Of a DNA stretch of 64,000 nucleotides, positions 27,128-41,189 are shown piece by piece (within the stretch, counting starts at the first letter, position 1; every line of letters begins with the position of its first letter). The translations under genes were made by a program, and so were the position numbers. Where the stretch lies: the NCBI RefSeq assembly GCF_006345805.1, contig NC_043006.1, positions 23,312,001-23,376,000 of the forward strand, written 5' to 3'. The DNA comes from Octopus sinensis (lineage: Eukaryota). The notes under the pieces are model-generated. The model ran no database searches and was not told where the DNA came from. It saw only the letters and a program-made list of their open reading frames with translations.

Positions 27128-27550
27128 CAGGGTGTCCATAAAGTCTCTTTACAATTTAAAAAAATTATTACAAAGGCGGTTGATGAGATATTTTAACCAG
27201 ATTTATTTTATTTTAATAATTATTTATTAAAGTTTTTATTGATATTAAAATTTTGTGTTTCAGATACTCTGTTGATGGAAGGAAACTGATTCACTGAACC
27301 CCTATAAACTGAGGATGAAGCATTCCTCAAGCAAGTTTGTTTTAGTGACGAGGCGACTTTTCATGTTTCTAGGAAATTAAACAGACACTATATAAGAATC
27401 TGGGGTGCCCATATTGAGGTTTATTAAATAACAGTTGAAAAAAAACTTTAATAAACACTGATTACAATAAAACAAATCTGGTTAAAATATCTTGTCAACT
27501 GCTTTTGTAATAAGATTTTAAAATTGTAAAGGGACTTTATGGACACCCTG
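27128..27550 (+). mobile_element. Tc1/mariner-superfamily MITE with about 110-bp TIRs and a retained catalytic-domain fragment
   Basis: TA|CAGGGTGTCCATAAAGTC...GACTTTATGGACACCCTG|TA. Internal 27311-27412 translates to EDEAFLKQVCFSDEATFHVSRKLNRHYIRIWGAH, the first-Asp motif FSDEATF..N.H..RIWG. Confidence 0.92.
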
Positions 27551-27937
27551 TATTATCAATGATTTGCAGGATCCAGTTGAATTAAAGTAAGGATACCAAA
27601 TTAGGGTTGAGAAGAGCACATCTGAGTTTTAACAGAATATATGGACACTCGTAGACGTTAATGCATACGTGGACTTGTCTCACTACTTTCATACTCTTCC
27701 ACATGAACAGATTAAAAACCCCATCGCTATAAATATACACACATATATAAAGTCATATACAGAGGAACTCCGAAATGCAGTTTCATGGTCCACTTTAAGT
27801 TCCAGATCCAACGTAGAGAAGGTTCCAAGTATGGCGTAACGATATAATTGGTTTGTTCATCAATAAAAAAACGCGTCTGGAACCGTTGTACTGACCTCTA
27901 CCCATTTCTGTTCTTTATATATGTATATATGTTATGT

Positions 27938-27987
<50 letters not shown>

Positions 27988-28007
27988 ACGCACTCACACA
28001 CACACAC

Positions 28008-28079
<72 letters not shown>

Positions 28080-28087
28080 GGATAGAC

Positions 28088-28125
<38 letters not shown>

Positions 28126-31100
28126 GATAGATAGATAGATAGATAGATATGTAGGTATGTACGTATGTAACTGTGTGTGTATCTGTATGTATATATATAC
28201 TAGATTATAAGCTGACCACTACTGGGTCCCAGCATCTCTTCAATTATATTACTCGTATGTTACCCAACATATGATGGGGGTAACTTTGGAAGTATTCAAT
28301 TTTTATGAAACTTTTGTGCTTGTACAAAATGATGAATGGAATACCAATTCTCAAAAGGAAAGTATTTATTACCTTAAAATAAAACTAAATAAAGCAAATT
28401 TCTTATTTGTATATTTGGCATAAATATATGTTATTATTGTTCGAAATTTCATCAACATAATCACAAAGTTATCCGTACAAAATTTTATCAAAGAGGTATG
28501 TAGTTTTCAGAATGTTTTAAGAATCGAAATAGGTAGCGAAAGCAAAATTGACGTTATGCTGCTCTCTCTCCCTCCCTCCCTCCCTCACATGTGTGTGTGT
28601 GTGTGCGTGCGCTGTGTGTGTGTATGTGTGTGTCTGTGTGTATATATGTGTGTGTGTATGTGTGTACGTGTGTTTATGTGTATGTGTGTGTATGTATGTA
28701 TGTGTATATGTGTGTATGTATGTCTGTATGTATGTCTGTATGTAAGTCTGTTTGCATGTCTGTATGTATGTCTGTCTGTATGCATGTCTGTCTGTATGTA
28801 TGTATGTATGTTTGTACGTATGTATGTATGTATGTATGTTTGTATGTATGTATGTATGTATGTTTGTGTGTGTATGCATGTATGTATGTTTGAAAGTGTT
28901 TCTTTGCCCAGTACCTGCCACGACCAATCCTGCACCACTTACGCCAACTCTTTCTTACTCTCTCTTCCTCTCTCTCTAGGCGATGTAAATGGAGAGACCA
29001 ACCAACCAACCAACCAACCTTTATGACGGCTATTATCAAACAGAGATTATAAATTAATAGAGTGTAAAACAGAAAGTGGGGAGAGTTTGTTAGCACATCG
29101 GGTGGAATGGCTTGCGACATTTATCAAAGCTCACTGCGTTCTGAGTTCAAAATTCGCCATTAAATGTGTCCATCCATTTTCGGGATAGTCTCTCGACCTG
29201 CTAGTGGACAATCCTTGCAATTTTGTTTGCACAAAAGACGGGATAGTCACAGGTGGAACGACATTGATCGTAGAACACAACAATTCATCATAAAAAAAAA
29301 TTCTTTACGCTTCTAAGCATAAGCCCGATTTGAAACCTTTGTGCGAAAATCCGCGTTTAACAGAATCCTGATACTTCAATATGCTCGTCTAATTCTGGAC
29401 TATATCATCTGCGTCAAATGTCCAGACCCCAAAAAAAAAAAAAAACCCACATAGAAATAATCTAATATCATTTCTCTAAGTTTTTAGTTACCAACCAAAG
29501 TATTTTGAGAAGGCTACTGACATACCTACGAAGTACACCTACAGATCATTATTTAATACAACAGTTTACAGCTATATGACGGTTTGAGTGATTGGCCGTC
29601 CCACGGAGACCTGTAAGAGATTTTCTTTAACCATTAGGGAGATGAAGAACAGATTTTTTGGCAGTAAGTAAATCAATGCTCGATGCTTAAATTTCGTAAT
29701 TGTTGAGAAATTTTCTCTGCTTACAGTTTACCGTTTGCTCTACAGCAATTACTACATTTGCTTTCCTTCTTTTATTTTTTGTTACAAAATATTAATTTTA
29801 TTATGTTTAGTTTCCATTTGCATAATTGTAGAAAGTTTGGCGAAGGCAGCTGATAACTTTCGTTTCATATTTCTTCATATTGTGTCGTAAAATAAACTAT
29901 GTTTAGACCTCCGACGACTCGATACCAACTACAGTTAAAGGCAGGCTCAGAGAAAAATTAATAGACCGTATTTTTAAGAACGTGGTACAAATTAATGCAA
30001 AGTCCAAGTCTTTGGTAATATGATGGAATTTAGAGTTTTACATCGTCAAAGTTACTCTTATTTAAATGAAGTAAAATTTAATGTTATGTAAGTTCTCTTT
30101 AAATTTTCTAAGCTGGTGAGTGTCTTTACATTTTGTTTCTAGCTAAAAGCATTCATACTAAATGAGTAAATAATTTAAATATATAAACAACTGAAACACA
30201 GGGGAATTACCAAGTGGTTTGCTAAGCTTAAGTTCTGTCATCTGCCTGTACAGTGAGTTGCGAGACCGCCTAAGTTTTATCTTGCCTGAAATCACAAGGC
30301 TGTTGGTTATAGAACACTGCTAAATGGGGCCAAGAGAACCAAAATATCGACCACTTAGCAAACCAGTCAACCAAACTGTAGAATATTACATGAGTATGAC
30401 TCTACTTTGGGGAGTATTCTCAATGCTGATTTCAAAACTGTCGGCGGTTTTTCAGCAGCACGTATAGTTTCTAAGATAATCAGTGAATCGGGAATTTTTT
30501 TTTTTTTTGCTTTGTTTATATTTTATCTAAAATATTTTGTATTTTGCAGAATATTTACTCAGATCATTTCTATTTAAGCAGCGAACTTTGTGAAATATCC
30601 AAACCTTCTCTGTTATTTTTGTGCTACTTTTGTTGCAACCAAAACACAACGACAACATTAAAATGGATCTTATCAGTTGTTATCAAAACCCTAAATGTGG
30701 CCTCCGTACGCACTGCACATGTTGGGTGGGGACAATAGTGATCACTGTGCCGATCCCTGCTCTAAATCATAATCAAACACTTGAGAGATTTGAACTGCCG
30801 ATTCCATGAATTCTAACCATTTTAAATAACCATTAAAACTTAGTAAACTAGCGAGGAAATGTTAAAGGAAGGACCATCTAATGTTCTACAGGAAGAAGGG
30901 GACTGTGGGAATAACAAAAATAACGTGGAAAAGCTATATATGCTTATGTCTGTATACAGAAACTAGAAATAAATTGAGCATTTCAGCCACACTTAAAGCA
31001 TAACCACACTGACTTAACATTACAACATACAACACTACCTTATATTACATTTCCGTTGTGACCAAATCTGCCCTTCATCCTTTCAGGGGCGATAAAATAA

Positions 31101-32175
31101 GCAGTAGTCAAATTCTGAGGGACGATGTAATCGACTACTCCTTCGCCTCCCCATCAAAATTTTAGGCCTTGTGCCTATATTAGAAAGGATTTTAGTGAGT
31201 TACAAGTAAACACTGCATTTCGCTATGTAATCTAACGCTGAGCTACAATTAAATATATCTATACATTGTGAAGACGCGTAGCGTACCTGTTAGGGTATTG
31301 CACTCACGATCGACAGATTGTGGTTTCAATTTCTGGACCGTCTATGAGTTGTGCTCTTGGACAAAACACTTAATTTCTCGTTGCTCCAGTCCACTCGGCC
31401 GTAAATGGGGTAACGGATTGACGTACATGGGTGAGATGGTGACCTAGGTAAATCAACCAAATAGCGGTCTCACGAGCCACGTTTTGTATTCAGCGATTCA
31501 AAGGATGAATAATTCAATCCGTACTGTGAATCCAGATCCAGATCCAGATCCAGATCAAGAAGAAGAAGAAGAAGAAGAAGAAGAAGAAGAAGAAGAAGAA
31601 GAAGAAGAAGAAGCTGACGACGAATTGCATTATATTGAATTACAACTAAATCACAAGACGGTATAACACAGCAAAATAGTGCATATCAAAATGTGTAATT
31701 CAGTTTTCGGGTCACATTAAATGTTAAAGAAATAAATATTTATGAAACATTCAAGATTCCACTGTATATTTTTTATAAAAGATAAAAAATAACGAATATT
31801 TTTGAACAGGGATCGGTAATCTCCTCTTTATATCATGGAACCCTGAAATATTACTGCTAGTGTACACTGCATTACACCACAGTACAGAATTACAACTAAA
31901 CTACATTGAAAACAGAACTACACTGTTCTGTATCGTTTACCTTTTGCATGTTTAGACTGCGGTCATGCTGGGGCATCGCTTTGAAAAATTTTAGCTGTAT
32001 GAATCGACTCCAGTACTTAATTTTTAAAACCTCTTTTACTCTTTTACTTGTTTCAGGCATTTGACTGTGGCCATGTTGGAGCACCGCCTTTAGTCGAGCA
32101 AATCGACCCCAGGACTTATTCTTTGTAAGCCTAGTACTTATTCTATCGGTCTCTTTTGAGCTGACAAGAGACCCG

Positions 32176-33120
32176 TTGGACAGCACTCAGGTCGATACAA
32201 CGCCTCCATCACTGAAGAGGTTGCCTGTGTCTTAGTTGGCGATCAGTGTAACCACAGGGATATTGTTATTACGAAGGGTATCTGAGACTCATCATTCATA
32301 TAATGCTCTACACTACCCAATCATATTCTGGGAAGAGCAAGACGGCTATCACTTCGACATACCACGACTTTATCTACTAACCGGACATAACTATCAAACA
32401 GTCTATGAGTAGCAACGACTTCTACGCCTTCATGATCATGGTTTGTGAACCGGTGAGCCACTTACTCAAATGCCGTGACCTTTTCCAGCAGTTCATGGTA
32501 GACATGTACGCTAAAGTGAAGGGTGAGCGCCTTCTTTATATAAAAGAAAACAGGGAATCCTACGTGCTGAATCCTACGTCCACTTGCCGGATGCTATTGC
32601 GAATGACGATGACATTCGAAATGTCAGCCAGAGGGTTATACTCCCGGCTTCCTTCACCGGAGGACCAAGATACATGCTTGAAAAAGCCCAAAATGCTAAG
32701 ACGTATATTAGAAGCTTTGGTTCTCCAGACCTTTTCGTTACATTCACAAGCAATCTTAAGTGGACTGAAGTTACTGAAAATATTCTGCAAGGTCAAAAAC
32801 CCCATCACCGACACGACTTAATCGCGAGGGTTTTCCGCATTATGTTATTGAAACTTATGGACCTACTTACGAACAATAAGATATTTGGAGAAGTTACCTG
32901 TCGAATGTATAGCGTCGAATGACAGAAACATGGCCTGTCACATGCGCACAATTTGATTAGGTTGAAGGAAAAGTTACACTTAAGCCAAATTGACTCTGTT
33001 ATAAGTGCGGAGATTCGAAATCCGGATGCAGGCAAACGAATTTTTCGACATCTTCAAATCGCATATGGTTCGTGGTCCATGCAACCCTTATTATCCGAAT
33101 TCCCTATGCATGATAAATAG
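32176..33120 (+). pseudogene. Helitron Rep (HUH endonuclease) domain remnant
   Basis: LFQQFMVDMYAKV, VILPASFTGGPRYM, GSPDLFVTFTSN.KW.E, RHDLIARVF, VE*QKHGLSHAH (HUH motif) and IDSVISAEI, with stops and frameshifts. Confidence 0.93.
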
Positions 33121-33543
33121 CAATATGGGTACTACTCGATTTTTACCTGCTGAGTGGACTGGAGCAACGTGAAAAATAAAATGTCTTTCTCAATGACACA
33201 ACGCGTTGTCCGGAATTGAACTTACGACTTTGCAATCGTTAGCTGATACCCTAACCACTAAGCGACGCGCCTTCACTAACAACAACAACAACAATCATAT
33301 TTGCAGTACAACATGAAGTTTTTAGTTTGATTGAAGCAATATTTTATTACTGCTCCAGCTGGCCTGTGATTCAAAGTTCCGTTCCTGCCAGACGCTGTTA
33401 CCCTGGCCTCCCTCCACATAAATACAAGTGGAATTTTTCATGTCAGTGGAATTTTAATCGGATTCTAATGAAAAATGTTTTAATCTGAAGCAAATTTTAT
33501 TACTCTGTGGTGGTAGAGGCAGCGGCGGTAGCAAGCAGCAGCT

Positions 33544-33609
<66 letters not shown>

Positions 33610-33909
33610 GTAGTAGTAGTAGTTATGGTGGGGTGGCTGCGACGGCGGTGGAGGTGTTCCAGTGTGTGTGTGCGCACGCACGTGTGTGTGTGTCTGTCTG
33701 TCTGTATGTATGTATGTTTGTAAATCATTTGTGCAGGATGTTCAGCAGGAAATTGCAGAACCGTCTTTCTTGGACTATGAGGGTCTACCATTATATGCAC
33801 GCATGTATGTATGCATGCATGTATATATGTGTATGTATGTTTGTATGTATGTATGTATGTATGTATGTATGTGTGTATGTATGTATGTATGTGTATGTAT
33901 GCATGCATG

Positions 33910-33945
<36 letters not shown>

Positions 33946-34711
33946 TGTATGTATGTATGTATGTGTGTATGTATGTGTATGTATGTATGTATGTATGTAT
34001 GTGTATGTGTATGTATGTATGTATGTATGTATGTATGTATGTATGTGTATATGTATGTGTGTATGTATGTTCTTCTCTATCTCTTTAACTCTAGACTAAA
34101 CTTCGACCAGCCACCTACTTGGTAGCAAGGTTGTGGAGGGAAGTATCTTCTTTTAACCATGATCCTTTAAATCTTAAGAAGGTCTTGCTGATTTTTATAG
34201 TTCCCGATATCGTGATCATTTGTAAAATATGAATTAAGAATTTGCATTCCCTCCCCAAAATCCCAAGTTCAGCCATACTTTGTTCCAGTCGGGTGGGTAT
34301 GTATCCTGTTGCCCCAATAATATTAATACGTATGAAGCTAAAAATGTATCTTGGGCACTGGATTTGCAAATTCCTTGTATGTATGTATGTATGTATGTAT
34401 GTATGTATGTATGTATGTATGTATGTATGTATGCATGCATGCATGCATGCATGTATGTATGTATGTACGTACGTACGTACGTATGTATGTATGTATGTAT
34501 GTATGTATGTATGTATGTATGTATGTATGTATGTATATATATATGTGTGTGCGTCTGTATAAATATTGTTATCGTCATAAAAAATTTATAAACGTTTCTA
34601 GGGAACATGAAATAATTCGTGGTGGTCATTTTTTCTTGCCAAATAAACACACGCACTATATATTCGTTCTTCACTCGTTTATTGTTGTTCTTATTTTATC
34701 TTATGTCCATT

Positions 34712-34754
34712 GTCTGGAAATCTTTCGTCACATATCTGTGACCTCCTCAGCGAC
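34712..34754 (-). ncRNA. Minimal type-I hammerhead-ribozyme-like motif
   Basis: Minus strand GTCG CTGAGGA G GTCACA-GATA-TGTGAC GAAA GAT TTC CAGAC: both core boxes, a perfect 6-bp stem II, and stem I GTCG/C(A)GAC. Confidence 0.55.
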
Positions 34755-35096
34755 TCTTCTATCCACGTGTTTCCTCTTGTTCTGTTTAGTTCATTATTTG
34801 GCAAAAATAAAAATATAAAAATGACCATCCAGAAATATCACAATATCTGTTTCAACACCCGATTTCATATCAGAAATCTTGCAAAACAAATTCATTAATG
34901 AAATAATTCTTCTTTAGAATAGTATATTATCGAAGCACACATATAAAATAATGGATGAGACTAGATGGTTGGGAAACAAGCTTCTTATTCACACTACCAC
35001 ACCTGCTCCTATAAAAGAAAAAAAGATGTTTTTGTGCCCCAGCATGACCACAGTCTAATGACTGGTAAAAGATTAAAAGATAATCATTTAGCGACA

Positions 35097-35516
35097 TGAA
35101 AGCGGCGAGCTGGCAGAATCGTTAGCAAGCTGGACGGAATGCTTAGTGGTATTTCGTCTGCCGTTACGTTCTGAGTTCAAATTCCGCCGAGGTCGACTTT
35201 GCCTTTCATCCTTTCGGGGTCGATTAAATAAGTACCAGTTACGCACTGGGGTCGATATAATCGACTTAATCCGTTTGTCTGTCCTTGTTTCTCCTCTCTG
35301 TGTTTAGCCCCTTGTGGGTAGTAAAGAAATAGGTATTTCGTCTGCCGTTACGTTCTGAGTTCAAATTTCGCCGAGGTCGACTTTGCTTTTCATCCTTTCG
35401 GGGTCGATTAAATAAGTACCAGTTACGCACTGGGGTCGATATAATCGACTTAATATCCGTTTGTCTGTCCTTGTTTCCCCTCTCCGTATTTAGCCCCTTG
35501 TGGGTAGTAAAGAAAT
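35097..35516 (+). mobile_element. SINE with tandemly duplicated 3' region (about 185 bp) inside one TSD pair
   Basis: Head GCGGCGAGCTGGCAGAATCGTTAGC and B box GTTCAAATTCC. The segment at about 35148-35331 is repeated at about 35332-35516. Flanking direct repeat AGATAATCATTTAGCGACA at 35078-35096 and 35517-35535. Confidence 0.92.
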
Positions 35517-36082
35517 AGATAATCATTTAGCGACAGATGTAAAAATGAAACAGAGTTAGCAGAGAATCGAAAACGAATCACAAAATTTATACGACGAGCA
35601 AACTATTCTACATCACGCCATAACGACAGTGAAATGAAATAACGAAATGCGCCATCTAAATAGATGTCTTTATTTTGAACTGCTTGGCTGAATAACACCA
35701 AACACAGTTGCCATATTAAATGAAACCAACGATAATGATATCACTCTTCATTTCTGCTCAAACTAACATCTCTCCACTAAATTCCAGTTCAGTAAACCAT
35801 ACTTTCACATTAAATGCATCAAGCGTGGTTACTTTAGTGTGTGCGGCTCTTTAAAAGTATTGTCTGTGACCAAGGTTTCGCTTTAACTATGGCTCGTCTA
35901 ATGTATCGAACACAAATTTATTTAAAACATTGGCTTCAATGTATTTCTTAATCATTTTCACATGACTCTTAACTTTCAGTAATACGATGTTTATAATTTG
36001 TGTTTGTCTATCTGTCTGCTTCTCTTTCAGTCACTATCTCTGTCTCCCTCTCTCTTTCTCTCTCTCTCTCATCTCTCTCCAT

Positions 36083-36120
<38 letters not shown>

Positions 36121-36438
36121 TATATGCATGTATAGGTATGTATATATATATATATATTTATATATATATACATACATACATACACACACATATACCAGGA
36201 AACACACACCTATACATAAGACATACACACACACATACAAGGAAACATATATATATATACACACACACACAAATGCACACACGCACACGCAAGTATTTGT
36301 GTGTATGTATGAGTGTGTATGTATATATATATAAACACGCACATACATACATACATACATACATACATACTTACATGCATACATACATACATACATATAC
36401 ATACATACATATACATACATATATACATACATACATAT

Positions 36439-36481
<43 letters not shown>

Positions 36482-36749
36482 TACATATATATACACAGAC
36501 ATACGGAGATGCGCTTGTGTGACTAAGTTTCTGACTTTGTGTACTTGTAGCAGTTCACAATATCATACATGTGTGTGTGTGTGGAGGGGGGCGTGTGTGT
36601 GTTAATACTTCATTGAGTAAGATGTCTGATAAGCCTGTTATCCAATGTTGACTGGTTACCGTTTAAATAATGGTGCTGCCAGCAAGTGTTGCTGCCAGGA
36701 ACCGTGAATTACATCGTGTAACAAAAGTTGCAAGAAGTGGTTGGCAGTG

Positions 36750-37711
36750 CAGTGATAATACCTCGCAGTACCAGTTTAATTCGTTCCATGGCCGAGCTCG
36801 TTTTAAGAATTAATCGTTTCACTAATCAATTTCCCCCCATTGAAATTAATTAAAAATATAATTAATTCGTTCCAACCCCACACAAAACATCCCCAAATCA
36901 TTTTTTATGGGTTTTGAAACAGAAACTCAATTACCTAAAAAATGCGACGATTTATGCGCGAGGAAGATGATGGAGCGGGGAAAAGCAGGATTATTGTTTG
37001 GAAGGAGAATCTCCTTCTATTAAGACTTCAGGAAGAACAATTTCTGGCATTTTCTCTCATTTCACTTGATTTAGGCTTTTTGGACACACTTTCTTCACTT
37101 CTCACACTTGCAGGTCGTTTCATTAGAAACATATCAAGAGAAGACTGCTTTTTTTCTGCCTTTCAGAATGTTAAGAAATGCGCCAAAGTAGTGTCATTAA
37201 ATTACAAAAAAGCTGCACGACCTGTACATACTTTTCAGGGTGATATTTTTCTACAAATTCAGAATCATACCACCACTTTGTCAATACTGCCTTTATGTCA
37301 CTCATAGAGATAGCCTTCTCCGCTACACTGTCCTCCTCCGGGGAAACAATCTCTTCCACCGCATCCAACTGTTGCTACTCTTGAAGCTGCAGGAGTTTAT
37401 GTCATCAGCTTCTCTGAGTATTCCTCGATGTAATCGTTAATGTCACCATCGTCAACCTCGAGGCCCATGGACTGGCCAAGAGACACCATCTTCGCAACTA
37501 CAGGTGTCTCAGACTCAAACTCCGCAAAGTCTCTTTCGGGTACGCAGTCAGGCCTCAGCTTCCTCCATGCAGAATACAGCGTTCTCCTCGTTGCACCCTG
37601 CCAGGCCATATCGATGATTTTCAGGTAGTTAACAATGTTGTAGTGCTCCTTCCAAAACTCACGAAGGGTTAGATTTGTATTTTCGCTAACTTCAAAGCAC
37701 CGACGAAACAG
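36750..37711 (-). mobile_element. Tigger/pogo transposon 3' part (TIGD1-like transposase C-terminus plus one TIR)
   Basis: Minus strand LFRRCFEVSENTNLTLREFWKEHYNIVNYLKIIDMAWQGATRRTLYSAWRKLRPDCVPERDF...VSLGQSMGLEVD. TIR-like CAGT..AATACCTCG..TACCAGTTTAATTCGTTCC at 36750. Confidence 0.85.
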
Positions 37712-39525
37712 TCGGTTCGTCCAACTTCTTTGGTTCGCTTTCCATGAATCTCTTTTTCAGTTGGTTCCTGTGACTCTTTTGTATGCCTTTTCTACTTTCT
37801 ACCCAATACATCATTTTACCTATAGATTTGGTAATTACGCCATGTTCCCAACTCTGCTTTCCATTTTTGTATGCCCTCATACACACCTTTTCACCAACTT
37901 TAAAATATTTTGCAATGTTTTCCCTGGCACCTTTTCTTTTCTTGCCCGGTAGCAATCTATCAAAGACTGATCTTACTTTCCTTGCAAACATCAGCTCCGC
38001 TAGTGAGCTACCTGCTGGTGTATTCGGATTTGGTGTCTCACGGTACATTCTTAAAAATTGTTGTAGAGCTACCTCATCCGTGACTTCCTTATTCGATTTT
38101 CTAAGGGCTCTTTTGAAGGTATCGACAAAACGTTCTGCTTGTCCATTAGATCTGGAATAGTATGGCGCCGTAGTCATATATTCTACCGCGAACGTTTCAC
38201 AAAATTTTAAAAATTCGCTACACAAAATTGTGTAGACACTATTTTGTCTGGGATGCCAAATCTTGCAAACAATTCGTGTAAAACATTTATCACAGTTGTG
38301 GAGGTTGGTTTTTTACACTTGCAAATTTCAGGTCATTTCGAGAAACTGTCACCTACCACTAAGTAGTATGAACCGTTTACAGGACCGGCGAAATCGATGA
38401 GTAATCTCGACGACGGAACATCTTTTCGAACAATGTTTCCTTTCTATCGTGGGCAATTTTTCATTTCGTTTTGGCTTACATACAGGTGTTCCACTCTGTT
38501 TTACTGCAATTTTTTGTTTCAGTCTCTCAGCCGTATTTGGACCTTTGAGTGAACCGACTATACTTTCATACAAACATTTATGGGCGTATTCCACACTTTG
38601 AATAGTTCCATCAATTCTGTGCCGAATAAATTAAGTGAACTTTTTAACACATATATCTTCACCTTTTTCGTTTGACCTCGAAATGTTACATTACATATGA
38701 ATTCACCGAAAAAATATAATCTTATTCCCGTAACACCATGTGCTACCTTTTTAGATTTACTTAATTTCGGCTTACCGATATATTTCCAAGTTTTTTTTCC
38801 TTTATAATTGTGATATCTCTCCCAGTATCTAATAGCATTTTAATACTTGTGATTCTGATTTTCACCTTCATGAATTTCCTCATCTTTATATTATAAGTTT
38901 CTTCTAGTGACATACTATTTATTGTTTTTTTCTTTGTTCTGGCGTTTTGTCATCTTAGTCCCACAGTGCGTCTTTATATGTCCTGTATTACCACAACGAA
39001 ATCACTCCGCTTTTTTAAATGGGTTATTTTTTCCTCAAGTATATACCTCCATATGCAAAACATGGGTTTATTCCTGATTTATGTTGTGTTTTTTAGAAAC
39101 CACTTTATCTCTGTTCTGACAATTTCGCACTGGCTTTACTTGGAAACAATCTTTACGTTCAATTTCTTGTGTCGTGTCTAAATTTTACTATCCTTTCACA
39201 TTCTTCTGACACATACTGTAGGGTTACATCCTGGTTTTGTCACAGCTTTGCGAGAATTCTAGTTCTTTCCAGCTGTTAATCCCTGTGTAAAAATTCCTAT
39301 CGAGATTCTATTAACTCCACGTGAATTGGTTTATCCTCGCCGCCACTGTTATAATCCCTTTAATGTTGGATTTTATAATGCCCACTTCGGTATACAGTAT
39401 ACTTAGTAAAACCAGTAAGACACGACTATCTCTGACCGCCTACTACGTTAACCAGTACTGCTCTCTACTTATATTGACAAGGTTATTTCATTCGTCACGT
39501 GTGAGGTGTGTACCATTATTACTAG
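37712..39525 (-). mobile_element. Ty3/Gypsy LTR retrotransposon remnant (partial 5' LTR, PBS, gag, protease, integrase; RT/RNase H absent)
   Basis: LTR end ..TATAACA at 39347 followed by PBS-like TGGCGGCGAGGAT. Gag knuckle (*)FRCGNTGHIKTHC at about 38963-39004. Protease MLLDTGRDITII at about 38805-38845. Integrase IDFAGP..YLVV.DSFSK, LFARFGIPD, TAPYYSRSNGQAERFVDTFKRAL and YRETPN. Confidence 0.9.
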
Positions 39526-39527
39526 AT

Positions 39528-39731
39528 CTCTACTCTTTTACTCTTTTACTTGTTCAGTCATTTGACTGCGGCCATGCTGGAGCACCGCCTTTAGTCGAGC
39601 AAATCGACCCCGGGACTTATTCTTTGTAAGCCCAGTACTTATTCTATCGGTCTCTTTGCCGAACCGCTAAGTGACGGGGACGTAAACACACCAGCATCAG
39701 TTGTCAAGCAATGCTAGGGGGACAAACACAG

Positions 39732-39764
<33 letters not shown>

Positions 39765-39945
39765 ATATATATATATACATATATACGACAGGCTTCTTTC
39801 AGTTTCCGTCTACCAAATCCACTCACAAGGCATTGGTCGGCCCGGGGCTATAGCAGAAGACACTTGCCCAAGATGCCACGCAGTGGACTGAACCCGGAAC
39901 CATGTGGTTGGTTAGCAAGCAACTTATCACACAGCCACTCCTGAC
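39528..39945 (-). mobile_element. Microsatellite-containing SINE (same family as 18612)
   Basis: Reverse complement of the 18612-19416 family with internal (TA)n. It abuts the Gypsy LTR remnant. Confidence 0.88.
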
Positions 39946-40336
39946 TACTTTCAGTACTGTTCCTTCAACAAAGATTGATGTTTTCACATATGGGGTTCCT
40001 TGCGCAGGTTGGAACATTGCAACGGTCTTGTCCAGGCTAATGCCAAGTCTATTAATCTTGCATGAGAACTTGCATATCTTTATGAGCTAATAAGTCGCAA
40101 TCATCTGTATAAAGAATTGAAGAATTGTGTAAAGCTCTCGTTGAACGTATGTGAAATACGGAATGTCAGTTGGGAAAGCAATACTTGTCATCGCCATCAG
40201 TGGAGGAAACACGTATAAAGCTGTGTTGTATTTGTTAAAACCTATTTATTCTGTGACTTGTTTGTTTATTTTCTTTCTTCATTAAGGGCGAATGTCGTAA
40301 CGCAGAATTAATTATAATTAATCATATTTATACATG

Positions 40337-40619
40337 AACCTATTTATGAGTTTTACTTCAATTAAGTTGAATTAAGGTGAACTTTGTTTAGTTCCTATAA
40401 GTTTTATATATAATATATATTATGTAATGTCCTATTCTGTTATATAGCCAGGAATCTGCTAGGATTACTCGCCAGATTACTGTCAATAAATATCTTAACT
40501 CAGCACTCTGTGCTTCCTGTCCTTCATTTTGATTTTGACATAATTATTAGTTCCTAAACTCACACAATGAAATAGTGTTGTGTGTGCGCACACGAGTATG
40601 TGTTTGTTGTACGCATGTA

Positions 40620-40672
<53 letters not shown>

Positions 40673-41150
40673 CATATATACATCTATACATATGTATATA
40701 TATATATATATATATAATATATTTATATATCACCGTGACCGACCAGGCTATCAGATGTTGCTACACATCGCTGGTCACAATGCGCTTCGCATTGCTTAGC
40801 CTCCAAATGACGCCATCCCGCTGGCTAAGCGAGCAGGCCACAGAAGAAAGAGTGAAAGAAAGTTGTGACGAAAGAGTACAGCAGGGATCACCACCACTCC
40901 CTGCCGGAGCTTCGTGGAGCTCCACCAAGTCAAATACCGAGGTCGAAGTAATTTCCTTGCCCATTCCCTTCAAACTTGGTGGGCTTGTACCAAAATTAGA
41001 AAGACTTGAAATAATACAAATTTGATGAAGCACCGAGATCGTCACACATGGTATAAACAGAAAATTATGAGAAATCCAACTCTGTGCATGTGTGCGTATG
41101 CGTCTGCATGCATGAGTGTAAATATATATGTATATACACACACATACATA

Positions 41151-41189
<39 letters not shown>

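Noticed and set aside
31484-31666. Acidic 60-aa ORF (PDPDPD-polyE)
   Set aside because: It is the product of (GATCCA)n and (GAA)n microsatellites.
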